Source: Methanobacteriaceae archaeon
GTDB taxonomy: Archaea; Methanobacteriota; Methanobacteria; Methanobacteriales; Methanobacteriaceae
Assembly: GCA_003558085.1 (NCBI GenBank)
Contig: PWMT01000119.1
Location: forward strand, 1 to 10,831
Direction: 5' to 3'
DNA length: 10,831 nt
Shown piece after piece: positions 1 through 8,286 of this stretch. Numbering within the stretch: the stretch's first letter is position 1; the number at the start of each line of letters is the position of its first letter. The position numbers and the translations under genes are program-made. Below the pieces are notes generated by a model. It did no database searches, was not told the origin of the DNA, and saw only the letters and a program-made list of their open reading frames with translations.

Positions 1-86
1 AGAATATTACTTCACGAGAACTAAAATTTTTATGTATAGTATCCCCTCCCTGGAGGGGAGAAAATGAGGAACTCTGTCTGGAATAA
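1..86 (+). CDS. 3' end of a cupin-domain protein (partial, begins upstream of the window)
   Basis: Not in the ORF track. The frame from position 3 reads NITSRELKFLCIVSPPWRGENEELCLE* (TAA 84-86). N-x(4)-L-x-F-L-C-x-x-x-P-P-W is the typical tail of small cupin_2 proteins. Confidence 0.7.
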   Translation, partial: NITSRELKFLCIVSPPWRGENEELCLE

Positions 87-121
87 AAAGCTTATCCTCA
101 TTAAACTGTAAATTTAGATAA

Positions 122-757
122 TTAATGAATGATCATCACACACATATAGCTAAAATCAGTTTTTGCCACTTCCTGGAGAGTGCTTTGCACTATTTTTTCA
201 GCTTCGTAACTTAATTTTTCACAGATTGTAACTTGTCGCAGAGGATCTATACCCTGTTTTATTAAAAATTGAGCTGTATCAGTACTATTGCCATAAGGTA
301 AGGCGATGGTGGGTCGTCCATTATCAATAATAGCTAATATTTCCTGTAAGTTTTCATTTCCATGAAAACTCAGGAGGTCTGCCTTATCCCAAGGAATCTC
401 TGCTCTAGCTGCACATAACTGTATAGAACTTATCCCGGGTATCACTTCAATTTCCAGATCAATATAATTTTTTTCTTGAATAATACGTTTAATTGGACTT
501 AAAATTCCAGAAAAACCAGGATCTCCTGTAGATAAGACACAAACATCTTTCTTTTGTTTTGCCATTTCCACGGCATATTCTAACTTCTCTTGAATATTAT
601 GGACAGAGAGCGGCAATACTTCACGGGCTTCTGGGAAAAGTTCCAGTGCCCTTTCACTTCCAATTATTATTTGTGAACGTTTTACAGCTTTTCGTGCTGC
701 AGGAGTTACAAAATCAGCTGATCCCGGCCCTATACCCACAATATAAAGTTTTGACAT
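122..757 (-). CDS. cbiE: Cobalt-precorrin-7 C5-methyltransferase / precorrin-6Y methyltransferase CbiE subunit (cobamide biosynthesis)
   Basis: 211 aa tetrapyrrole methylase with LYIVGIGPG, IIGSERAL, LSTGDPGFSG, VIPGISSIQL, SFHG and CEKLSYEAEKI. RBS-like TGAGGT on the minus strand at 765-770. Confidence 0.92.
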   Translation of the reverse strand: MSKLYIVGIGPGSADFVTPAARKAVKRSQIIIGSERALELFPEAREVLPLSVHNIQEKLEYAVEMAKQKKDVCVLSTGDPGFSGILSPIKRIIQEKNYIDLEIEVIPGISSIQLCAARAEIPWDKADLLSFHGNENLQEILAIIDNGRPTIALPYGNSTDTAQFLIKQGIDPLRQVTICEKLSYEAEKIVQSTLQEVAKTDFSYMCVMIIH

Positions 758-842
758 TTAACAGACCTCATCATAGCATAATTTTAATCTTTTCCTTAAG
801 ATTAAGCTAAGTAGTTTTTCAAGTTCAATTTAGATCCATAAT

Positions 843-1820
843 CTAAAGCAAATCCTTTCTTAATTCTTCTCCAGTTTTTGGGGATAGATAAGAAATGGGA
901 ATGTCAAATACTGTTCTAGCCCCTTTTTTGCCTTCAAAAGCCAGTTTATTTACGGCTCTGGTATAAGCAACCAACACACTAGCGGTGAATTCAGGATTAT
1001 TCTCTAGATTAAGATTAAATTCAATTTTATGCTGAAAACCACCAAGTGTAGTTCCAGTTCTGATTACAAATCCTCCGTGGGGCATTCCGGAATGATCCTT
1101 ATTTAATTCTTTTTCGCTGATAAAATTGACTTGAGTTTTATAATCTCTAAAATAATGGGGCATGTTTACTATTTCTTCTTCTATTTCTTGGAGATTAGCA
1201 TTTTCTTCAGCTACCACATAAACAATCCTTAAATGTTTTTCATTATTCTTAAGTTCTGGATTTTCACCCTTTCTTACCCTATCTACAGCATTTTCTAGGG
1301 GAACCGTATATTGCACCCCATTTTTTACACCTGAAACTCTTCTAACTGCATCAGAATGTCCCTGGCTAACTCCTTTACCCCAGAAGCTATATCCATTCCC
1401 TTCAGGTAAAAGAGATTCTTCTAAAACACGTAACATTGAGAATAATCCAGGATCCCAACCTGTAGATATTAAACTTAATTTTCCAGCTTTTTTAGAAACT
1501 TGATCCATTTTCTGGAAATATTCTGGTATACGCGCATGGTTATCATAACTATCAACCGTATTAAACAGCGCTGCTAATTCAGGGCCCTGCTGAGGAAGAT
1601 CTTTAGCAGATCCACCACATAGAATCATCACATCAATATCCTTTTGATAATTTGATATTTGAGATACATGTTCCACTTTAGCAGCACTTTTAATGGATTG
1701 AGGCTCTCTTCTGGTGAATATAGAAACCAGTTCAAAATCCGAATTTTGTTTTAATGCCTTTTCAACACCTTTACCCAGGTTTCCATAACCTGTAATACCT
1801 ACTCTAATTTTATCATCCAT
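843..1820 (-). CDS. ddh: meso-diaminopimelate D-dehydrogenase (NADP-dependent, lysine biosynthesis)
   Basis: 325 aa with Rossmann GYGNLG, TRR (NADP preference), CGGSAKD, VDSYDNH, GWDPG, FWGKGVSQGHSDA, QYT, HGG and NPEFTASV, all characteristic of Ddh. Confidence 0.95.
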   Translation of the reverse strand: MDDKIRVGITGYGNLGKGVEKALKQNSDFELVSIFTRREPQSIKSAAKVEHVSQISNYQKDIDVMILCGGSAKDLPQQGPELAALFNTVDSYDNHARIPEYFQKMDQVSKKAGKLSLISTGWDPGLFSMLRVLEESLLPEGNGYSFWGKGVSQGHSDAVRRVSGVKNGVQYTVPLENAVDRVRKGENPELKNNEKHLRIVYVVAEENANLQEIEEEIVNMPHYFRDYKTQVNFISEKELNKDHSGMPHGGFVIRTGTTLGGFQHKIEFNLNLENNPEFTASVLVAYTRAVNKLAFEGKKGARTVFDIPISYLSPKTGEELRKDLL

Positions 1821-2040
1821 TTTTTCAACTTCCCATATTTTTATATAATATTTACTCTAAATAGTTAATAAGTGAATTAACATCCAAAATAGGTTTGAAA
1901 TAACCATATTTTAAAGATGATATTGTTCAAATACCTTTTAGGCAGTATAAATATACCATCAAAAACTTTTTCTTAAACTGGTCTATAGTTATTATATGGT
2001 AATTAAATATTTTTAAATTTCTACTTATAAAAGTGATATT

Positions 2041-3228
2041 ATGCTTCAAATCGCAGTTACGGGAAAACCAAATGTTGGAAAATCTTCTTTCTTTAATGTA
2101 GCCACTCTTTCTGATGTAGAAGTGGCAGATTATCCTTTTACTACCATTGATGCCAATAGGGCAGTGGCCCACGTGGCCACAGATTGCCCCTGTCAGGATT
2201 TAAAAGTGACATGTCAACCCCATAATTCTCAATGTGTGGATGGTCAGCGATTAATTCCAGTGGAACTAATTGATGTAGCAGGTTTGGTTCCAGGAGCTTA
2301 CAAAGGACGAGGATTAGGAAATAAATTTTTGGATGAACTTCGTCAGGCTCGGGTTTTTATTCATGTAATCGATGCTTCAGGGTCAACTGATGAGGAAGGA
2401 AGGCCAGTAGAAGCAGGAACACATAATCCCCTAGATGACGTTGAATTTTTGGAAAAAGAGATAAACATGTGGATGTATGGTATCTTAGAACGTAATTGGC
2501 AAAGATTGGTTCGCAAAGTTCTCTCAGAGAAACTGGACATAACTAAGGTTATCCACGAACAACTTTCAGGTACAGGTATTAGGCTAGAAGCAGTAATAGA
2601 AGCCTATCGTAAAACCAATAAAGAGTATAATAATTGGGGTAGCGAAGATTTGATCTATTTTATATCTCAACTATTAAAAATTGCTAAACCAATGCTCATC
2701 GTGGCCAATAAAGCAGATCTTCCTACTGCCACTGATAATATTAAAAATTTGAAAGAAAATTACTCTAACGTGGTTCCAGTATCTGCTGAAGCTGAATTGG
2801 CACTCAAAAGAGCTGATGAAGCTGGGTTAATTAAGTATAAATCTGGAAATGATGATTTCGAGATATGGGATTCGAAGAATTTAAATGAAAATCAGAAAAA
2901 GGCTTTGGAATATATAAGGGAAAATGTTTTGCAAAAATATGGCGGAACTGGAGTTCAAAAAGCTTTAAATAAAGCCATTTTTGATTTATTGGATATGATA
3001 GTGGTTTATCCTGTAGAGGATGATAATAAACTATGTGATCAAAAAGGAAATGTTTTACCAGATGCCTTCTTAATTCCAAAAGGTTCTAAACCTAGAGAGA
3101 TGGCCTATGAGATTCATACTGATATTGGTGACAAATTTCTACATGCAGTGGATGCTAGAATAAATAGAAGAATTTCCAGTGATCATGAACTTAAAGATGG
3201 GGATATAATCAGTATAATTTGCCGTTAG
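2041..3228 (+). CDS. ychF: Archaeal translation-associated Obg-family GTPase (YchF-like) with C-terminal TGS domain
   Basis: G1 GKPNVGKS, G2 YPFTT, G3 DVAG, G4 NKAD, G5 SA. Archaeal Cys-rich insert CPC-x6-C-x6-C. TGS-like C-terminus (IHTDIG...LKDGDII). GTGAT RBS-like sequence at 2033-2037. Confidence 0.93.
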   Translation: MLQIAVTGKPNVGKSSFFNVATLSDVEVADYPFTTIDANRAVAHVATDCPCQDLKVTCQPHNSQCVDGQRLIPVELIDVAGLVPGAYKGRGLGNKFLDELRQARVFIHVIDASGSTDEEGRPVEAGTHNPLDDVEFLEKEINMWMYGILERNWQRLVRKVLSEKLDITKVIHEQLSGTGIRLEAVIEAYRKTNKEYNNWGSEDLIYFISQLLKIAKPMLIVANKADLPTATDNIKNLKENYSNVVPVSAEAELALKRADEAGLIKYKSGNDDFEIWDSKNLNENQKKALEYIRENVLQKYGGTGVQKALNKAIFDLLDMIVVYPVEDDNKLCDQKGNVLPDAFLIPKGSKPREMAYEIHTDIGDKFLHAVDARINRRISSDHELKDGDIISIICR

Positions 3229-3497
3229 GAGGGGACATAATAAAGAAAACGGCCATAAAAATTAAGAATATACTTTGGAAACTACTAGTTAGCTATGATC
3301 TGAATAATTAATTTCTGAAACAATTTTCATTTCTAAAAACAATATTCATAACATGAAAGAAGACTTCAGTAAATAGATAGTAATAGGTTTATTTATCATT
3401 CAATTAAAGCATAATATGAGAATTCTTTATACCCATATAAAAAGTTAAGATATTTATGCAATAGATAGTCACCAAGCAGTAAATAAATTTCAATAAG

Positions 3498-3720
3498 GAG
3501 AATTTCGATTAACTTGTTTGATTTTTGTATCTTTTAAATTTTGCATAGTTGAATTTTTGATTTAATATCTTTAAATCGGCGCGTGCGAATGTTTATAGGA
3601 GTATTATGAAGTCTTTTTAGATTATTTCATGAATAAACAGTATGCTCGTGTGAGATAAGTTAGCTGAGATTGATCCTCTTATTGATTGGGAGGTTTTCAG
3701 GCCGATTGCGCGTGGAATGT
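3498..3720 (+). mobile_element. Degenerate IS5-family insertion-sequence remnant (left end plus 5' of transposase)
   Basis: GGAG then ATG at 3606. Joining three frames gives MKSF/DYFMNKQYARV/DKLAEIDPLIDWEVFRPIARGM, resembling the N-terminus (L-x-x-I-x-x-L-I-D-W-x-x-F-R-P) of IS5-family transposases. In-frame stops at 3618-3620 and 3656-3658. GAGAATTTCGATTAAC (3498-3513) is a candidate left terminal inverted repeat, so the left boundary is less certain. Confidence 0.75.
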
Positions 3721-3792
3721 TGAAGGCTCAGAAACCTAAATATAACCAATACCCAAAATCTTTTATATTATCCTTATCCTTATTTTTTTTAT

Positions 3793-4530
3793 ATGGCTAA
3801 AAAGTTCAAAGATTATTATGATCAGGAAGCAGCACATCTTCTGGCCTCAAAAATCAAAGCAATCTATTCCTCATTTGATGAGGATCAATTCGTTACCTAT
3901 ATATCCGAAAGATTGGATGATAAGGGATTTTTAGAACGGCAGGATCTATTTGTAGAGGCTCTGGAATTAACCTTAACCCGGGATTATAGGGAGAATATAC
4001 GGATTTTTCAGGAAATCCTGGGCCCTGAACTGGAAACTACGGGGGGGGTATGTTTCGAGAGGGCTGGTGGCTGTGGCCCCTAGGTAGATATGTGGAAAAA
4101 AATGGTGATATTGATTTTTCGGTTTCCATGGACTTTATATATGAATTAACTAAACGTTTCACTGGAGAATTTGCTATACGTCCTCTTATTAAAAAATATC
4201 CAAAAAAAGTCACTGATAATCATAGAAAAATGTAGCAGGGATAGTAATGTCCATGTAAGAAGACTCTCCAGTGAAAGCCTGCGCATTAGATTACCCTGGT
4301 CTAAAAAATTATTGGTGGCTCTGGAAGAGTTTGATTCCTATAAGGCGATTTTATCCAACCTGAAAAACGATAAGGAAAGATTCGTACAAAAAAGTGTAGG
4401 CAATAACTTGAATGATCTAATGAAAGAAGACCCGGAAAAAGCCCACCAGATAATAGGGGAGTGGGAAAAGGACAAGCCGGGTAAGGAAACTAAGTGGATA
4501 ATAAAACACGGAATGCGAAATGTAAAATAA
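3793..4530 (+). pseudogene. AlkC-like HEAT-repeat DNA alkylation repair glycosylase, frameshifted into three ORFs (3793-4083, 4050-4235, 4171-4530)
   Basis: Joined pieces give a single ~244-245 aa protein with WLWPLGRYVE, ELTKRFTGEFAIRPLI, D-x-N-VHVRRLSSE-x-LR-x-RLPW, L-x-x-D-x-x-x-FVQKSVGNNLND-x-x-K and WIIKHG-x-R. The frame switches coincide with G8 (4041-4048) and A7 (4202-4208). Confidence 0.85.
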
Positions 4531-4702
4531 TTACTTAAATTAATTTTTAAAAGTATTTAGCCTATTATAGTAAAAATTTTAGTTATTATTTTAATTTTTT
4601 TAAAAAGATATATATTCTTAAGAAGTTTAATTTTTTTAAGATTATTTTTTTATTTACCCGATTTTCAAAGACTAAAAAACCTATCGACCATAAGATACCT
4701 CT

Positions 4703-5140
4703 CTATATTTTCTTTATCCATTCTACAATTGAATCTATTACATCTTTTTCTACATGACCTTCAACCATATACTCCTGCGGAGTTGATTTACCCTCACCTG
4801 CAATGAATAGATGATTAGTTTTCTGGAAAACTTCAAATTCAACATTTTCTCTGTGATTAAGAGCATCTTTCCATCCTTTAAAATCTTCAGATTCTAGAAC
4901 CTGGTAATTTCGTCTGCCTTGAAGAACTAAAATAGGTAAATTTAAAGTTTTAACAATAGTTACTGGGTCATGGTCATGTAAATCCTTCCAATAAGCAACA
5001 GGCATTCCTAAAGTCAAATCTTCTCTGGAAAGGTTTTCTATAAATTTTGGATCCTTCAATTTATCCACTTTTTCTTTTAAATCCTTTAGTTCTGCCTTTT
5101 GTTGTTTGTTTATCTTGCCATCTAGGTTGTTTGGAAAAAC
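4703..5140 (-). pseudogene. C-terminal fragment of an alpha/beta-hydrolase (esterase/peptidase-like)
   Basis: The frame is open from 5140 (upstream TGA at 5143-5141) and reads NLDGKINKQQKAELKDLKEKVDKL...YWKDL...PILVLQGRRNYQV...NHLF. There is no GxSxG nucleophile motif, and the usual QG-x-x-D acid position is N. Confidence 0.75.
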
Positions 5141-5248
5141 TCATTGTGTCCATAAATAAGGTAAATCTCTGAGGTTGTAATATTACATGATCAGCATAAT
5201 ATGTAGATAGGCTGATTTAATTCGAATCCGCTTTTCTAATAAGCTTTA

Positions 5249-5953
5249 TTAAATTTTTAAAATTCTTTTTAAATTTTTTAGGCTATTCTTTCCTTCTATG
5301 ATTCGAGGGGGTATGCTTCTCTGGATAGAACCATGAATATTAAGTAATTCTTCCATTCGGGGTGAAACAGCATGATAGGGTCTTCCTATTTTATCGTACT
5401 TTCGATAACTTATTAGTATAGCTTTATTTAACAATCTACTTTTTTCTTCTTTACCCACTAGGATTACTAGATCTTCAAAATCACCAGCCCTTTTTATATG
5501 AGCATTATTTGCATATTTTTGAGCAAATTTCTCTACTTCAGTTTCTCTTAATTGGTTGAAGTCTATAATCCCTTGGATGGTGAAATATCCTATAATGTAT
5601 AATGCTTCAGCATAATTTTTGTTCTTATAGGGAGTTAATCCTGCATAAAAAATTAGAAGGTCATCTTCATCCAATTTTAATAAGTAATTTCTTTTTGCTG
5701 TTGAATCACCATAAGTAAAACTTTCAAATTCTGGATCAAAGTGCAGGTAACTATCTTTAATTCTAGGGGGCAAATAGTAGGCAAATGGGTTTCCCCTCCA
5801 ACCTTTAGTATTGGAATAAGTCCGTGTTTCTATAGAATCAGGGTCCTCTTCGGGAATGGGAATGTATTCAAACGACCCATCTTCAAAAATAGGTGCTAAA
5901 GCACCTCCAGATCCTTTATCAATACCTACCCTTAATAACATTGCTTTTTTCAA
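5249..5953 (-). CDS. Nmad3-like (nucleotide-modification-associated domain 3) protein
   Basis: 234 aa. RVGID-x(3)-GG-x(3)-PIF-x-DG-x-FEYIPIPE, HFDPEF-x(2)-FTYGD (HxD motif), DLLIFYAGL, YIIGYF and NAH match my recollection of the Nmad3 family. TTG start with GGGGAG RBS at 5961-5966 (minus strand). Confidence 0.75.
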   Translation of the reverse strand: MKKAMLLRVGIDKGSGGALAPIFEDGSFEYIPIPEEDPDSIETRTYSNTKGWRGNPFAYYLPPRIKDSYLHFDPEFESFTYGDSTAKRNYLLKLDEDDLLIFYAGLTPYKNKNYAEALYIIGYFTIQGIIDFNQLRETEVEKFAQKYANNAHIKRAGDFEDLVILVGKEEKSRLLNKAILISYRKYDKIGRPYHAVSPRMEELLNIHGSIQRSIPPRIIEGKNSLKNLKRILKI

Positions 5954-6444
5954 TAATTAGCTCCCCTATATTATTATATTTTATCAATTTAATCTTATCT
6001 AGATACTATATTTAATTAGAAATGTTTTTAGTAATTCAATCTTTATTTTAAACTTTGGTCTGGTATTCTTTTTTAATTTTAAAACCAGTTAATTATTTTA
6101 ATTTGTTTATTCATTATTTATTTTTTAAAATATCAATACTAACCGAATTTTAGTAATTAATTTTCCTAATTAGAGGTAGATTTCCACTGTAAAAATGAAA
6201 TATCAAACTCTCTTAAGAAAACTTTTTTCACTACTTTAAAAACTTCTAAGAAAGATTTTTGCTATATATGGGTCTTTCTAAAAAAAACCTAACTAGTGAT
6301 TTAGGACTGTAAGTGCTTATTTAATAACCTTAGAATTTTTTTTGAATATATGATGATATGATTTTTTAAGATTTTAAAAGGGTGTAGGCAGTAAATTTGG
6401 TTTATTAAATCTAAAATTTTTAAAGTCAATATTTAGTATCAGGG

Positions 6445-8286
6445 CTAATTTATTTTCGCCTTGGTTTTGCTAATTTCTATTAATTTCTTTTTTAAAACCT
6501 TATGAAGACTCTCTGCACCTACAATTTCTTTATCTATATTCCATTCGCTGGGATACATAATAAACGGCCGACTTTGACCCCCTCCCAATCCACCATGACT
6601 TCCGACCAATTCTTCAAAAGCAGCCACTTCCTCAGTTTCAGGGTCATAAAAACTATTTACCAGTATATCTGGAACATAGTCAAATTTATCGGTTCTTAAT
6701 AGATGTTGGGTTGCATTTTCTCCAAAATCTTCTAAGGGATTTTTTCCTTCAATTTCATCATGTTCTAAGTAATTTACTCCTTCTTTTCCCAGAACTAGAG
6801 GGCCCCATTTTTGGGAATGTACCATGATAAATCCGATACCCTCCTGTTGAACCAGTCCTGGAATTAAATCAGGGAAAATTATTTTGATTTGTTCATAAGT
6901 TAATCTTTCTTTCCAGCTTGTAAGATATACTAATCCTAAATTTCCGGATGCCAATACAATCACTTCTGCTTCTTCAGTGGTTTTTTTAGAACTTTTTTGA
7001 GATATTTTATAATCTTGAATATATTCCAATACCTTTCCTTTTACAATATCTCTTTTTTCAATATTTTCCAAGGTATTATACATTAATTTACGGCTTTTTT
7101 CTATAGCAGTATCTTTTTTATCCTTAAAATAGGATTTAGTGTCGTCTATAGGATTAGTTATAAGTTGACCAAAGTGGTCTTCATTTGATGATAATTTACT
7201 GTATATACTTAATTCTTCAGGAATCAATGATCGCACTAAGTCTTCTAAAGACATTTTATAACGTTGTTTGAACGTTGCACCATTACTTTGCCCATGATCC
7301 GACTGCACCACCAAATAATATGGCCGTTCCGTATATTCTAACGCATTTTCCAACCTTTTAAATTGTTGATCCACTCCCCTAAGAGCATAAAATGCATCAA
7401 AATCCCTTATTCCTGAGTGATGGGCAATTTCATCGTATCCCAAATAAGTGGAATAAGCAATATCTATATCTGATGCTAGAATATCTCCAATTAATATGTA
7501 AGTGGTGATTTCACGTAAAAATATATTAGCTCCGGCTCTTATAAAGGGATAGGCAAAACCCCTATGAATTCTAGGGTTTTTATTTTTAAGCCAATGTGTT
7601 AACTGAGAACCGAAATCCATGATCACATCAAAAAAGTATAGTATCACTATTCGTGCAAAATTGGAAGGATTAGAGTAAAAATAGTAAAAAGTTTTATTAT
7701 AAAAATTATGCAGATTTTTAAGTTTGCTGTAGGTAAAAATTATGTTCCCGGCATCTCCGGAGAATAAATTGGAGATACTGGCACCATTTAAAGATAATAA
7801 TCCTTTACCATTGGAAATACGTTTTTCGATTAGTGGGGCATCTGAAAGCCCGCTAGAAACCATTATTTTATTATTATTTACTTTTTCTACCCAGCGAAAG
7901 GCTGGAAGATTAAAATTATTACCATGCAATATGCCGGCCTGACTGGCTCCAGTTTGACTGGATAAATCAGTTTCCCAGGACATTATCTGATGGGTTTTCG
8001 ATTCTAACCACCTTTTTAAAGTAGGCATATGGCCTTTTTCTAGTGCTTCTTTTAAAATAACTTCTGATAATCCATCTATTTCTAAAAAAATTACTCCGGG
8101 ATATTTTTTTGTTTTTGCTTTTCTTTTTCTTATATTGTGTCTTAGCACAACCCGGTAATAAGAAGACTCATATTCCATGGTAATTACTGCAGAAAGCAAG
8201 GTGGTGATGAGGGCCATTGCTAGTGGAGTTAGAATTAAAGCCCAGCCCTGGATAGTTATACCGGGAATAAAATTACTCATTAACAT
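6445..8286 (-). CDS. Alkaline-phosphatase-superfamily (type I phosphodiesterase/nucleotide pyrophosphatase-like) domain with one N-terminal TM helix; distal part of a split holin-like/phosphodiesterase fusion
   Basis: Metal and nucleophile motifs are all present: LEIDGLS, SSQTGASQAGILHG, YDEIAHH, QSDHG and GSHGG. N-terminal hydrophobic segment WALILTPLAMALITTLLSAVITM. Likely start is ATG 8286 or 8280. Confidence 0.8.
   Translation of the reverse strand: MLMSNFIPGITIQGWALILTPLAMALITTLLSAVITMEYESSYYRVVLRHNIRKRKAKTKKYPGVIFLEIDGLSEVILKEALEKGHMPTLKRWLESKTHQIMSWETDLSSQTGASQAGILHGNNFNLPAFRWVEKVNNNKIMVSSGLSDAPLIEKRISNGKGLLSLNGASISNLFSGDAGNIIFTYSKLKNLHNFYNKTFYYFYSNPSNFARIVILYFFDVIMDFGSQLTHWLKNKNPRIHRGFAYPFIRAGANIFLREITTYILIGDILASDIDIAYSTYLGYDEIAHHSGIRDFDAFYALRGVDQQFKRLENALEYTERPYYLVVQSDHGQSNGATFKQRYKMSLEDLVRSLIPEELSIYSKLSSNEDHFGQLITNPIDDTKSYFKDKKDTAIEKSRKLMYNTLENIEKRDIVKGKVLEYIQDYKISQKSSKKTTEEAEVIVLASGNLGLVYLTSWKERLTYEQIKIIFPDLIPGLVQQEGIGFIMVHSQKWGPLVLGKEGVNYLEHDEIEGKNPLEDFGENATQHLLRTDKFDYVPDILVNSFYDPETEEVAAFEELVGSHGGLGGGQSRPFIMYPSEWNIDKEIVGAESLHKVLKKKLIEISKTKAKIN

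Noticed and set aside
559..810. 83-aa plus-strand ORF
   Set aside because: Antisense shadow of cbiE with no recognisable motif.
1927..2172. 81-aa minus-strand ORF
   Set aside because: Overlaps the ychF 5' end on the opposite strand; no motif or RBS.
2831..3079. 82-aa minus-strand ORF
   Set aside because: Entirely antisense within ychF.
3578..3590. GGCGCGTGCGAAT as the IS left terminal repeat (resembles my recollection of the enterobacterial IS5 end)
   Set aside because: It sits between the putative TATA box and the RBS, only about 15 bp from the ATG, and has no partner repeat; 3498-3513 is the better candidate, though neither is confirmed.
4081..4235. TAG stops in the alkC-like pieces as pyrrolysine read-through
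   Set aside because: Homology continues in a different frame, so frameshifts and not amber suppression explain the breaks.
6502..6699. 65-aa plus-strand ORF
   Set aside because: Antisense shadow of the phosphodiesterase gene.
7742..7942. 66-aa plus-strand ORF
   Set aside because: Antisense shadow of the phosphodiesterase gene.
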